46,577 nucleotides of DNA from Octopus bimaculoides. Taxonomy: Eukaryota. How positions within the stretch are numbered: position 1 is the stretch's first letter; every line of letters starts with the position of its first letter. The stretch is taken from positions 59,191,773 to 59,238,349 of the forward strand of contig NC_068987.1 of the NCBI RefSeq assembly GCF_001194135.2. Reading direction: 5' to 3'. Positions 24,301 to 35,659 of this stretch are shown here, piece after piece. The position numbers were made by a program, and so were the translations under genes. The notes under the pieces were generated by a model. It saw only the letters and a program-made list of their open reading frames with translations. It ran no database searches and was not told the DNA's origin.

Positions 24301-25339
24301 GTCGGACCCAACCTAAGGTCTTCTTCCACAACAAAAGTCCAGATTACCTGATCGAGGGGAAGGTGGACTACTGTAGAAGTAGAGCGGAGTGAGTGAGTGA
24401 GTGAGAGAGAAAGAGAGAAGGTGTGTGTGTGTGTGTTGTGCATGAGAGAGTGAGAGAGAGAGAGAGAGGATGGAAGGAGGAAGAGTGAATATGTGTGTAT
24501 TTGTGTTTGTGTAAGTGGGAGAAGACACTTCATTTATCGACCTCGAAAGGATGCAAGGCAAAGTTGACCGTAGCGGTATTTAACGTCAGTGGGCAAAGAA
24601 CCGGAATGAATACTGTAAGACAACCTGTCCGATGTTCTAATGACTCGGGGCTCGTACGGAAATATAAAGCAGCTCTAATAAAATAGCTAATGATAGAACA
24701 TGGTCGTAGTTACAATACATCATATCTAAATGAAAATCCCATTCCTATACACACGCACTATATGAAGATGAAATATTCAGCGGTGTTCCTTGTCATATTT
24801 GAATTTGTTGAGTCTGGAGGAATGAAGAATAGCCTATTACTCTTTCAGGCTCTCTGATACTTATGAGATTGTTGCCATTTATGTTCCGCTTAAACTATTA
24901 CAGGTTAAGGGAAGGAAAGTTTTTATGATACTTTTGGGGTAGCTTCTTCCATTATAATTATTCTGTTGATTCAAGGAGCTGGAAATACGAAGAATGAAGT
25001 TCTCAGGTGGAGTAAATTCAATAACCGTTTATTCACAGGTGCTTCGTACAAGGCGTTTGCTTTCAGTAACCAGCTTCACAGCAGTGCGTAGTTAGCCTTC
25101 TTTCCCATACACGTGAGGTTCAATAACCTCTGGAGACAATGCATGTGGTATCACAGAGGGACAAAAGTCCACTGTGAGTTCCTGGCTTCGAAGTCTTGTT
25201 CGGTGTCAGCGTGAGAAGAATGAGAGGGAAAATGTTGCCTTTTCCTTAAATAATGGTTGCAGGTAAGATCTCGTTTTTGTCTCGCGAGTCAATGGTTGCA
25301 GGTGAGATCTCGATGTTTCAAAATGGCGCTGGCTTCTTT

Positions 25340-26030
25340 GCGCCTCGCTAATAAGGTCAACAAGGAATACAAGAGCGGCGAGGAGATTCCATGGAGCTGA
25401 CGTTCTGAGTATGAAGAACAGGTATATTGGTTAGTGTACAGAAAGAGTGGGTGAATGCATGGAGGGTGTCAAGATGTGGAGAGACAATTGGGAGTGAGGT
25501 GTTTGAGGGGTATAAGTACCGATCCGAAGAGGACTGGCCATTATAGTAGTGACAGAAAAAAATCTAAGAAAGAAACAGCATATCAGTGGAATAGAGAGGT
25601 TAGAGTGTTTCTGTTAGTGATGGAGACTTAGTCAGTCGAGTGACCCTTCTCTGCATGCGATCCAAGATGTCATTATGTGTAGCGTTTTAGCTACATCTTC
25701 CCAGATGTGTGAGCAGTAATCTATTGAGGACCTCACTTGAGTCCTATAGTGTCATCGGATATTAGGGACTAGACTATCTCCTGATCCAAAAGAGAAGGAC
25801 TAGTCTTTGGGATGCAGGTCTTGCTATGCTAAAGATCTGCTTTTGTCAGGATAAATCGTCTGTGATAATGAGACACAGCATTTGGAGCGATTGTGAGGGT
25901 TTTAACTGAGTGACATTAATGTTTAGAGGGAACGTAGTGCGGTGGTATTTTCTGGATTTTTGGTGAGTTTGAATGTTTTTATGCTGCTAAAATTGACAAG
26001 GGTAGTATGGTCAAACTGGAAGACTTAAGA
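25340..26030 (-). mobile_element. CR1/L2-like LINE ORF2 3' fragment
   Basis: Minus-strand remnants IITDDLS*QKQIFSIARPASQRL...QVRSSIDYCSHIW...LDRMQRRVTRL...RTSAPWNLL. Confidence 0.75.
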
Positions 26031-26864
26031 GCTAAATTGGCTCTTCGGTAGAATTTGAATTCACTATTATAAAACGTAATTGAATATTTTAACTATACTG
26101 TAAATTAATCCGATCGAGAATACAGAACGGGTACTGGTGTCGCGATTAGCCAGTGAGCTTGTTAAAATATATATATTAGCAACGGAAGCGGTATTAACAC
26201 CGAGAGGTAATATTTATCCTTACTTAAACGCGGATGTTCTGTTAAATCAAACTATAGTGTGGTAGTTACCATGAAAGAAACTCTCATTTTGGTTTTTGGT
26301 GCAAAATACACTCTTGTTTATATCGCTAGTGGGAAGATAAAACTTCCCGCCTCATCCACCACCTAGACCACCAGACCACGTGATTTCGACCGACCAAGGT
26401 CCTGCCAATGATGAATGTTCAAACGCTATTGTGATGTCAGCGATTATGGAAGTATAATAGACATTTTAGACTCAAAGACATATAAAAGCGGCCAACATCG
26501 AAACAAATTTGCTTACGAATCTTTTAAGATATACTTTAAAATATTTATATTCTTTTCTTTACCGCTTTTCTCTTTTTAAGGTATGTATGTATGTAAAAGT
26601 TTGTGTGAATTTCTATGTTTGGTATATGCATGTAGGTTGTCTGTGTTTGCCTCAATTTAAGGATGATTTATTTGAAGTCAAGTAATGTTTTGTTGAAATA
26701 TTTTCTTTAATTTCAACATTTGTTATGATAAAACATAGGCGAAGCAATGATTTTGCGAGTTTCCAAAATTCTCGACTAGGAATTCACCTGGTAAAAATCT
26801 TAAGAACTTTCTTGTACGCTGGGCGCTTCAATGGTCTTTGTTATTCATAATCTTTATCTCTTAT

Positions 26865-27208
26865 CTTTTGTCTTCTATTTGTTTCAGTCATTAGATTGCG
26901 GCCATGCTGGGGCACCACCTTGAAGTATTTTAGTCGAACGAATCGATCCCAGTACTTAATTTTTGAAGCGTGGTACTTAGGTATCTCATGCCGAACCCCT
27001 AAGATATGGGGACTTCAACAGACCAACACCATACACCACATCACACACACGCGCGACTTCTTTCAGTTTCTGCCTACCAAATCCATTCAAAAGACTTTAG
27101 TCAGATCTAGGTTATAGTAGATATTTGCCGAAGGTGCCACACAGTGGGACTGAACCTGGAACAATATGGTTGGGAAGCAAACTTCTTACTACACAACCAC
27201 ACCTGCGA
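26865..27208 (-). mobile_element. tRNA-derived SINE family A, degenerate
   Basis: Reverse complement of the family A head and tail. Confidence 0.8.
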
Positions 27209-27984
27209 CCGTAGCTGATTTAAAAAAAAAGAATTAGTTATAGTGATTTATCCACAGTACTTTCAACAAATTATTGTAGACTGACCCCGATATCTATCTA
27301 TGATACCGGTTGGTGAAACATTTAAATGTAGCCATGGAGCTAATATAATACGATGCACAATTTCAATTGTTGGTATTTCTTGAGACATTGAAGATATGAA
27401 ATAAAAATGAAGAAAGTAGAATTTTTGTTTACACAATATGACGATTATTACGTCATAATAGAAACATTTCAAAACAGTAAAGTTCCAAAATCTTTCTCTT
27501 TCAGTAAACCATATTACACTATTCAAATGATGTATCAGAAGTTTTTTTTTTTTTTTTTTTTTTTAAGGAAGAATACTAGTTATATGACGTCATAACGGAA
27601 TATTTCTCTGTTTAAAAAGACTGGAACGAAAATTTTCAAAAGTCGGAAATATTTTTAAAAATATGAATTTACGATACTGGTTTGTGAAATATTTAAATGT
27701 TACCATTGAGTTAATATAATATGATACAGAATTTCAATTGTTGGTATCTCTTGAAGCATTGAAGATATGAAATAAATGAGATGATAAAACAAGAAGAAAT
27801 GTGGGCGGAGGTAAAGAATACGTACACCACTAGTTTTCGGCGTAACACAAACCCTAACCACTGGGTGAACGTATTCTTTATCTTCGCCGAAATGTGGTTA
27901 TATGAGATTAAGTAAAGTATACACTTTTGTGTGTATTGTGTAAATGAAATAAAATAGCTTATAGCTTACGTTCAGTAGTGTAAG

Positions 27985-28195
27985 CACTTATTGGGTTCAA
28001 ATTTTGGCACAAGGCTAGAAAGTTCGGAGGAGGGTGCAAATCGATTACATCAACTTCAGTAATCAGTACTTATTTTATTGACCCTAGAAAAGATGAAAGG
28101 CAAAATCGACTTCGGAGGTATTTGAACTCTGAATGTAAAGACGGACGAAATGCCACTATGCATTTTACCTGGCGTGCTGACGATTCTGCCAGCTT
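27985..28195 (-). mobile_element. SINE family B
   Basis: 'gatgaaaggcaaaatcgacttcggaggtatttgaactctgaatgtaaagacggacgaaatgcc' matches the other family B copies. Confidence 0.8.
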
Positions 28196-29296
28196 GCCGG
28201 CTCAGTGTAAGCACTTATTGCTAATTGTTATATGTGAACTAAAAGTGGCGAACTCAGAAACAGCAAGGAAAGTGAAATACCGAGAAAATTTATTTAACGC
28301 TAATTTTCCGACTCAAGTCGGTTTGCCTTCATCGTTTTGTGGTCTGTTGATTAAATGCCATGCAAATAGAAAAAGACAATTGATTGATTATTCCCTCAAC
28401 TAAAATGTATACTTTTGTTTCAATATTAGATGCCACATTTGAGCATCGGAAAAAAAAAGAACTTTTTGAGACCAACTGAAAAAAATAAGTCTCAGTAACA
28501 AATTTCAACAACCTCAACACAAAATAGCTTTACTTTACACAAAACAACACACTTCAAAACAAAACGAACTATTTGCATGCATATTTTTTAAACCTTAACC
28601 CGAAGGCTAGACTCTAGATTTTCTTCCAAATCCCAATCAGAATTCAAACGGCTATCTCTAAACATTGAACCTTGATACTAAATCCCTGATTCTAATCCTA
28701 AACATTATTTTAAGCTTGATAAATTCTAACTAAAAAAAAAAGAAAAAGTCTTTGGAAGTATACAGACAACCTCAATCAAGAGTATTGTATATTATACTCT
28801 TGAAATCCACTGTCAGAAACGAATTGTGAATGTAAAGAGATGGGGCAAGATAGATAACAGATTCAACAGTAGACAATCAAAAGGAAAGAATTTGCTGTAA
28901 ATGTCCGTCTACTCTTATCTAAGTTTTGATATTGTTTAATCTGTTTTGTATTTGATTTACAAGATTTTTGATATGAACTCTTGTGTTGAAAAAAATTTAG
29001 TTGTATCTCGGGAGGGGCATTACACCAAATACCAAATAATAAAGATGTGAAATTAAACCAGTGCGTGTGTTTCATTTCTTGTATGATAACAACTCCACCC
29101 GGGATATAGCTTAATCTCTGTTTTAGTCGTAATAAAATTATTTGACTTTCACCAAAATCTGAAAGAAACTTAAGCGAGGAGAAATTTGGTGTTTTCACGT
29201 TCATGTCTTTACCAAGAGCAATAATAGGATAAGAGAAATTAGATGCAACTGATAAAAGTAAAGTGGTGATACAACAAAATATACTATTCATTATAT

Positions 29297-29624
29297 CAGT
29301 GGTTCTTAAGAAGGGTCCATATTACCTCTGGGGGTTCATATAAGATTTTTTGAGGTCCATGCAAATAAAATAGTGAATTGGGGGTCGCACAATAGTATTG
29401 TAAGGTCTCATGAAAAAATTTGGTTTTAGATGCAATTTATTTGAAGAAACGGGTTTCTTACGTAGCTCAAACTACACAAGTTAATGTTTGAAAAACAAAG
29501 TAGGAATTTTGAAAGAAGTATCGGTAAAACTAGTTTATAAACATCGAGAAGCTATGGGGTCCATCAAAATAAAATAGTAATTAAAGGGATCCATAGATAA
29601 AAAAAAAAAGGTTGAGAACCGCTG
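29297..29624. mobile_element. hAT (Charlie-like) MITE, 328 bp
   Basis: TIRs cagtggttcttaa and reverse complement cagcggttctcaa. Perfect 8-bp TSD cattatat (29289-29296 and 29625-29632). Confidence 0.9.
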
Positions 29625-29699
29625 CATTATATAATTTTTTTTGCAAACGACTTGCAGGTACAAGTGCTACCAGTTGAAAGTACTGCATATTGAATACTA

Positions 29700-29960
29700 G
29701 CAAGTTTGAGGAGTCATCAGGAGAGAATGTGCGCCGTTTCGGGGCCTTTTTCTCGACGGCATCATTGCGCACCGGCCCCACTCACTGACATGACTATTAG
29801 GTTTTGCTCAATATTCTTCAAGCCGTGCTCATCATTTCTTTTAAACCAAATGCGGTAGCTTGCCTTCTCCACTGTAGTCTGGATATCACACATAGTGGTA
29901 TTTACTTTACAATGAGTTAGACCAAGCAATAACAACAGACCTCACAGTGTCCAACGAATC
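29700..29960 (-). mobile_element. Possible 3' end of a restriction-like-endonuclease LINE (HERO/NeSL-like)
   Basis: Minus-strand CDIQTTVEKASYRIWFKRND resembles the C-terminal 'AEKASxWLWxKR' motif, followed by a structured 3' region. Recognition from memory only. Confidence 0.45.
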
Positions 29961-30366
29961 CTCTACATTTCACTTCGAATGAAAATATATTTAAATTGAG
30001 TGTTCTGTTCTAACATCTTCATTTTTCAAACAGATATTCTTTCTGAAACGTATTCTGAAATTCTCATTTTTCTTTGTAAACTCTTTCACTGGAAATTAAA
30101 ACTAAGTTTCTTATCATAGAAGAGTATCTGAAACACCATTTGAGAAAATAAAAATAAATTCGCTTACAAACGAAAGTGTAAGCTAAACGGCTTAATGGTG
30201 CAAGGGAAGTAACAATAATGCCAGGGAGATAATTCAGTAGCAAAAGTGGAAAAATTTGTTTAGTCTGTTTTCACCCTTTACTTTTTTTTTATTTGAAAAT
30301 GCAATAGTTCTTATCACTTGGTTCTGCATAGATCAAAACCATGTTCCTGGGAAGTAAGCTTCTTAC

Positions 30367-30452
<86 letters not shown>
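30367..30452. repeat. (CA)n microsatellite running into an N gap
   Basis: Direct reading. Confidence 0.95.
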
Positions 30453-31359
30453 NNNNNNNNNNNNNNNNNNNNNNNNNNNNNNNNNNNNNNNNNNNNNNNN
30501 NNNNNNNNNNNNNNNNNNNNNNNNNNNNNNNNNNNNNNNNNNNNNNNNNNNNNNNNNNNNNNNNNNNNNNNNNNNNNNNNNNNNNNNNNNNNNNNNNNNN
30601 NNNNNNNNNNNNNNNNNNNNNNNNNNNNNNNNNNNNNNNNNNNNNNNNNNNNNNNNNNNNNNNNNNNNNNNNNNNNNNNNNNNNNNNNNNNNNNNNNNNN
30701 NNNNNNNNNNNNNNNNNNNNNNNNNNNNNNNNNNNNNNNNNNNNNNNNNNNNNNNNNNNNNNNNNNNNNNNNNNNNNNNNNNNNNNNNNNNNNNNNNNNN
30801 NNNNNNNNNNNNNNNNNNNNNNNNNNNNNNNNNNNNNNNNNNNNNNNNNNNNNNNNNNNNNNNNNNNNNNNNNNNNNNNNNNNNNNNNNNNNNNNNNNNN
30901 NNNNNNNNNNNNNNNNNNNNNNNNNNNNNNNNNNNNNNNNNNNNNNNNNNNNNNNNNNNNNNNNNNNNNNNNNNNNNNNNNNNNNNNNNNNNNNNNNNNN
31001 NNNNNNNNNNNNNNNNNNNNNNNNNNNNNNNNNNNNNNNNNNNNNNNNNNNNNNNNNNNNNNNNNNNNNNNNNNNNNNNNNNNNNNNNNNNNNNNNNNNN
31101 NNNNNNNNNNNNNNNNNNNNNNNNNNNNNNNNNNNNNNNNNNNNNNNNNNNNNNNNNNNNNNNNNNNNNNNNNNNNNNNNNNNNNNNNNNNNNNNNNNNN
31201 NNNNNNNNNNNNNNNNNNNNNNNNNNNNNNNNNNNNNNNNNNNNNNNNNNNNNNNNNNNNNNNNNNNNNNNNNNNNNNNNNNNNNNNNNNNNNNNNNNNN
31301 NNNNNNNNNNNNNNNNNNNNNNNNNNNNNNNNNNNNNNNNNNNNNNNNNNNNNATTAAT

Positions 31360-32260
31360 CGGTTACTTTAGCTTTAATTCGCGACATGACCAGAGATGGC
31401 TTCAGACTTCTTTCAAATTTTGGCACCAGGTCAACAATTCCAGTGTAGGGGATAAGTCAATTACATCGACCCCAGTGCTCAATTGGTACTTATTTTGTCG
31501 TTTCCGAAAGGATGAAAGGCTAAGATGGCCTCAGCGGAATTCGAACTCAGTACGTAATGACGAACAAAATGCTCCCAAACATTTTGCCCAGCATGCTAAC
31601 GATTCAGCCAGCTCGCCGCCTTATGTTGGTTTTAGATATTGGTTTCAAATTTTGGTACAAGGCCAGAAATTTCGGATGTGGGTGCCAGTCGATTACATCG
31701 ACTACAGTACTCAACTGGTACGTAGTTTATCGCCCCCCCCCCAAAAAAAAAGATGAAAAACATCGCTGACCTTGGCATGCTAACGTTTCTGCCAGCTCGC
31801 CGCCATAGAGATGACTTAATATTCTTTTCTACTCTGGGCACAAGGCCCGAAATTTTTGAGAAGAGGGCCAATCGATTAGATCGACCCCAGTACACAACTG
31901 GCACTTAATTTATCGACCCCGGGAGGATGAAAGATAAAGTCGACCTCGGCGGAATTTGAACTCAACACATAGTGGCAGACGAAATACTGATAAGCACTTC
32001 GCCCGGTGTACTAACGTTTCTTATTTCTTTACTGCCCACAAGGGATTACACACACAGGGGACAAACAAGAACAGACAAACGGATTAAGTCAATTATATCG
32101 ACACCAGTGCGTGACTGGTACTTATTTGATCGACCCTGAAAGGATGAAAGTCAAAGTCGGCCTCGGCAGAATTTGAACTCAGAACATAGCGGCAGACGAA
32201 ATACCACTAAGCATTTCGCCCGGCGTGCTAACGTTTCTGCTAGCACGCCGCCTTCTATAG
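31360..32260 (-). mobile_element. Head-to-tail cluster of about four SINE family B copies
   Basis: Repeated 'gatgaaag..aaagtcgacctcggcggaatttgaactc' and 'gctaacgtttctgccagctcgccgcc' blocks ending near 31620, 31800, 32020 and 32250. Confidence 0.85.
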
Positions 32261-32549
32261 ATGATTTAATATTAAATAACAGATAGCATCTGAAATATTT
32301 CGCTGTCATTTCTCCTGCCACTCACACCTATCTTTGCTCCAGTGGTGTTGATAAAGTTTTTTGCTCTTTTACTGTCCCCGTCAGTTGTTTATATCACCCC
32401 CGGTTCAAAGATTTCTAAGTATCTAGCGATGACACGCACACGTATCACTTACTTTCCTTTGACCATAGTCGCAATTATGGTTGTCTGTCAGCAATGTTGG
32501 CGAATGTCTCGAATTATCTCCCTTGTATCAGAAACGAGCGAATATTTCC

Positions 32550-32800
32550 ATCTATCCATCCTTCTCTGCTCGCTTATTCCTGGGAAGGTAGTTGTGGTTA
32601 AGAATCTTTAGATACCTCTTCCATAGGGCTCTGTCACAGGCAACTGCCATTACACTTTCCTGCTGGATTCTCAATTGTGACAAGCTGAGACTGTAGATAT
32701 TATCCAACTATCTCGTTCTTGGTCTATCCTTGGTTTGGCTCGAAGAATCTGTCTTGTGATTCTTTTCTGACTCAATCTAATCACCTGTCCTCAGTGCTGG
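32550..32800 (-). mobile_element. RTE-like LINE 3' fragment (a different family from the 3660 copy)
   Basis: Minus-strand DRPRTR*LDNI...DRALWKRYL ('GRPRTRWLD...DR..W'). Confidence 0.7.
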
Positions 32801-32999
32801 AGTTGTGGCCCCTTCAATATAGAAAAGTAGCGACTCAACCTGGGGAAGCTCTCTGATCTCCGAGCAACACATCTTGTCGAATTACGTTATTCAGAGATAC
32901 TTCGGAGGAATCTCATTTCGACTTACTGTATTTGTGATTGTACTCTTTCTGCCATTAACCAACATTCATCACTATATGGATTATTTCAACGATTAACAC

Positions 33000-33440
33000 T
33001 TCAGAGACATTGAAGACGTACTTTGGAAATAGCCTAAAATTTGGCCAAAATCTTTTATTAGGATTAAATCGTCTACGCCAACTATCAACTTTGAACGAGC
33101 AGTTCTACAATCAAGGGCTTTGCATCCATGAATATCCTGCTTTAGTAATAATAAGTAGAAATATTCGTTATGTGCTACCGAAGCAGAATTAGTTTGAAAT
33201 GGCAACATGCGTGATCAAAGTAGACACATCATGAAAAACATGATTAACTGCAATATTTGATTAAAAATAGTAGTGCTAATATATTAGTAATATTAGTAGC
33301 AGATACAACATAACGAATTTTTATTCATCCTTTTTTCTATAAGAGTAACAGCGGATTTTGTCTTAGTATGTGGTTATCAGTGAATACTTGTTGCTGACGA
33401 AGTGCAAAGAAGCAGAAATGCACATTTAGCAACATCACCA
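33000..33440 (+). mobile_element. Penelope-like element 3' fragment (GIY-YIG end plus hammerhead-like remnant)
   Basis: Decayed LCIHE...ELV(S)KWQH, resembling the PLE 'LCLxEK...ELxSKCRH' motif. Downstream: tgttg-CTGACGA-agtgc..gca-GAAA-tgcacatt..caaca. Confidence 0.5.
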
Positions 33441-33464
33441 CTGTTATTGGACGATTTTTGCCAG

Positions 33465-33499
<35 letters not shown>

Positions 33500-34199
33500 A
33501 TACACAAAGAGACTTTACTATATATGTATTTATACAGTGTTATTTATCACTGTACGTCAATAAGAGATACTATATCGAAACGAATACCGGAGTTAATTGG
33601 GCTTTTCATGATGTATCTGCTATTTTAGGTAAGAATTTATTTTCTGAATGTTGCATTCTTTTGCAAGACCGTAGGATGTGATTCAAGAGAGATTTGTCTG
33701 CTGTTGCTATTAGATATCGCCCTCACATTGTTGGGCTTAGATAAAGACAGACCCCACATTTGTGTGACTCTCATCCCAAAATGCTTATGAGAGTGTCAAA
33801 AATATTATACACCTTGGCTGGAGGACCCTTAGATTTTCAGGCCCTATAGGTAAACTTGGCTCTGCTCCCTCACTTGTTCTGTTCATAGATAGATGTGAGG
33901 CAGCGTAAAGTAAATGTCTATTAAAAGAACAAACGAGATACCTGTAGTATTTTGAATTGTAGAAGCATGAGTTCATATCCTACTCTTTAATATAGGTAAA
34001 AGGCGATGGATTGTGCCGCTTCGGGTGAACAGCGAACTCCGGGACCACCCCGGGTGACACAAAATATAGTTACACCACTGGTCCTACTACCAAACGCTTA
34101 CACACATACGCATGCACACATATACACACGCAAAAATATGTACGCATCTGTTAGTGTAATCTAAGTCAGAGTTACTTCCGCTTCACATGAATCAGAGGG

Positions 34200-34760
34200 C
34201 CAGGAGAGATCTCTACTGAGCACGTTTGCATACCCTGTCGTGGGCTTGCTTCTAGGTCAAGTCCTATAGAAGACTAGATTAGGTCCACCATAATCCTCAA
34301 CCAGATCATGAAAAGTCTGCCTCACCTCCTACAGCCCTCTCTCTGGCTTCCAGTCAAGAGAAACTCTGAGTGTTTTTATCCATCGTCAAGCCAATGGCAT
34401 AAGTCGCCATCAACATGACGATGGATGCATACAGGCAGAATTTAGTGCTGAGATTGATGAATGAGTTGGACTATTGTGGTTCAGATATTTGAAGGATGCT
34501 GCAGTTTCGTCGAGTTTCTTTTCCTCATTACTCTCTGAGTTCCTATCTTCAGAACTGTTGCTCCCCAAGGACGTGAATGTATCAACGATCTCTGAAGTTT
34601 GGCTTTTCAGCCGGAGTTGTTGCTACATGCCTCACCAAAAACCAACACTTTCGTCTTTTTAGAACTGTTATTGCTGAGACTGATAGCTCTTCCATGATTT
34701 TGTACTGACATGTGGCATCACTTCTCACTGCCGAACCTTTTGCTTCCTTGCTTTTCTTTA
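34200..34760 (-). mobile_element. RTE LINE fragment
   Basis: Minus-strand KTKVLVFGE, VDTFTSLGSNSSED, TKFCLYASIV and a decayed W.PER..RR.GR region. Confidence 0.7.
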
Positions 34761-35036
34761 CTAAGTCATATTCTCTTGTTCCTCCCTAGACAGGTGTCTG
34801 TACTCGTTGTCTTGCTTGTTTCCATGTATGTACACTTTTCTTTTGGTCTGCTTTGTTTTTTACTTTTCACCTATCAAATTCCACGAGATGGCGGGGATTC
34901 AACATACTTATAATGCTTCACGAGGTGGCGGGAATTTAACATGCTTAAAATTATAATCATTGTATCTATGTAGAATTACCTGATATTTAACTACAGTGGA
35001 AGAAATATATTCCCAATATTGTCTGTGATATGACAG

Positions 35037-35401
35037 TGTAGTAACGCCGTGCGCATGCGTAGTCTCACGCATGCGTGGAATTAAACAACCAAGCGTTCCC
35101 GCTTCTATTCTATCTCTTTCTTGCTGGCCAGCAATAGAGCATGGACGTGTTTAGTTGTCACTCTCCATCTTTCGGACTTACGCTCGACAGCTCGCTTACA
35201 TCTACATAACAACGTCCCAACAACAAAGCTCACACACACAGAAGCTGTAAGAACAAACAAGAGCTAAAGATATATATATTTACCACCTAAATAAATGTTG
35301 TTTAAGTTGATAGTCTGGAGTTCAGCGTTCCGTTATATTCTATAATTTTATATAGAAAAGTCAGGTATACATCTAATGATGGATAACCCACTTTCCTATA
35401 C
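35037..35401 (+). mobile_element. 5' LTR of a Ty3/Gypsy (CsRn1-like) element
   Basis: Begins TGTAGTAACG and contains AATAAA. Shares several blocks with the 21378-21747 LTR. Directly followed by a tRNA-Trp-type PBS. Confidence 0.8.
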
Positions 35402-35481
35402 TGGTGACCCCCGACGTGATTCGAACACGCAGCCCGCTGAGCTGCAATAACCCACTTTCTACTAAAGTGGTGACCCCGACG
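35402..35481 (+). promoter_or_regulatory. Duplicated tRNA-Trp primer-binding site (extended copy 35402-35444, short copy 35468-35481)
   Basis: TGGTGACCCC(C)GACGTGATTCGAACACGCAGCC and TGGTGACCCCGACG are complementary to the eukaryotic tRNA-Trp 3' end including CCA. Confidence 0.85.
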
Positions 35482-35659
35482 AAGAAACAAACGCAGCATG
35501 GACTCTGGACTACCAACCTATAACAGTAATGTGTTAATGTTGAAAGTATAGACCTTTATATATCGGCTGCGAAGTAGTTTTACACGAAAGTAACGTTTGA
35601 AAATAGTTGAAATTCGTCGAAGTAGTAAAAAGAAAAGGAGAATATAGAGGAGTAATAAT

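Noticed and set aside
24990-25330. Possible solo LTR (minus-strand AATAAA and a short internal duplication)
   Set aside because: No TG...CA termini, TSD, PBS or PPT could be identified.
26720-26830. KNLKNFLVR, resembling a Penelope RT C-terminal motif
   Set aside because: Too short and unsupported by neighbouring motifs.
35402-35444. Possible tRNA-Trp gene on the minus strand
   Set aside because: Only the 3' portion is present, it includes CCA, and it abuts an LTR end; treated as a PBS.
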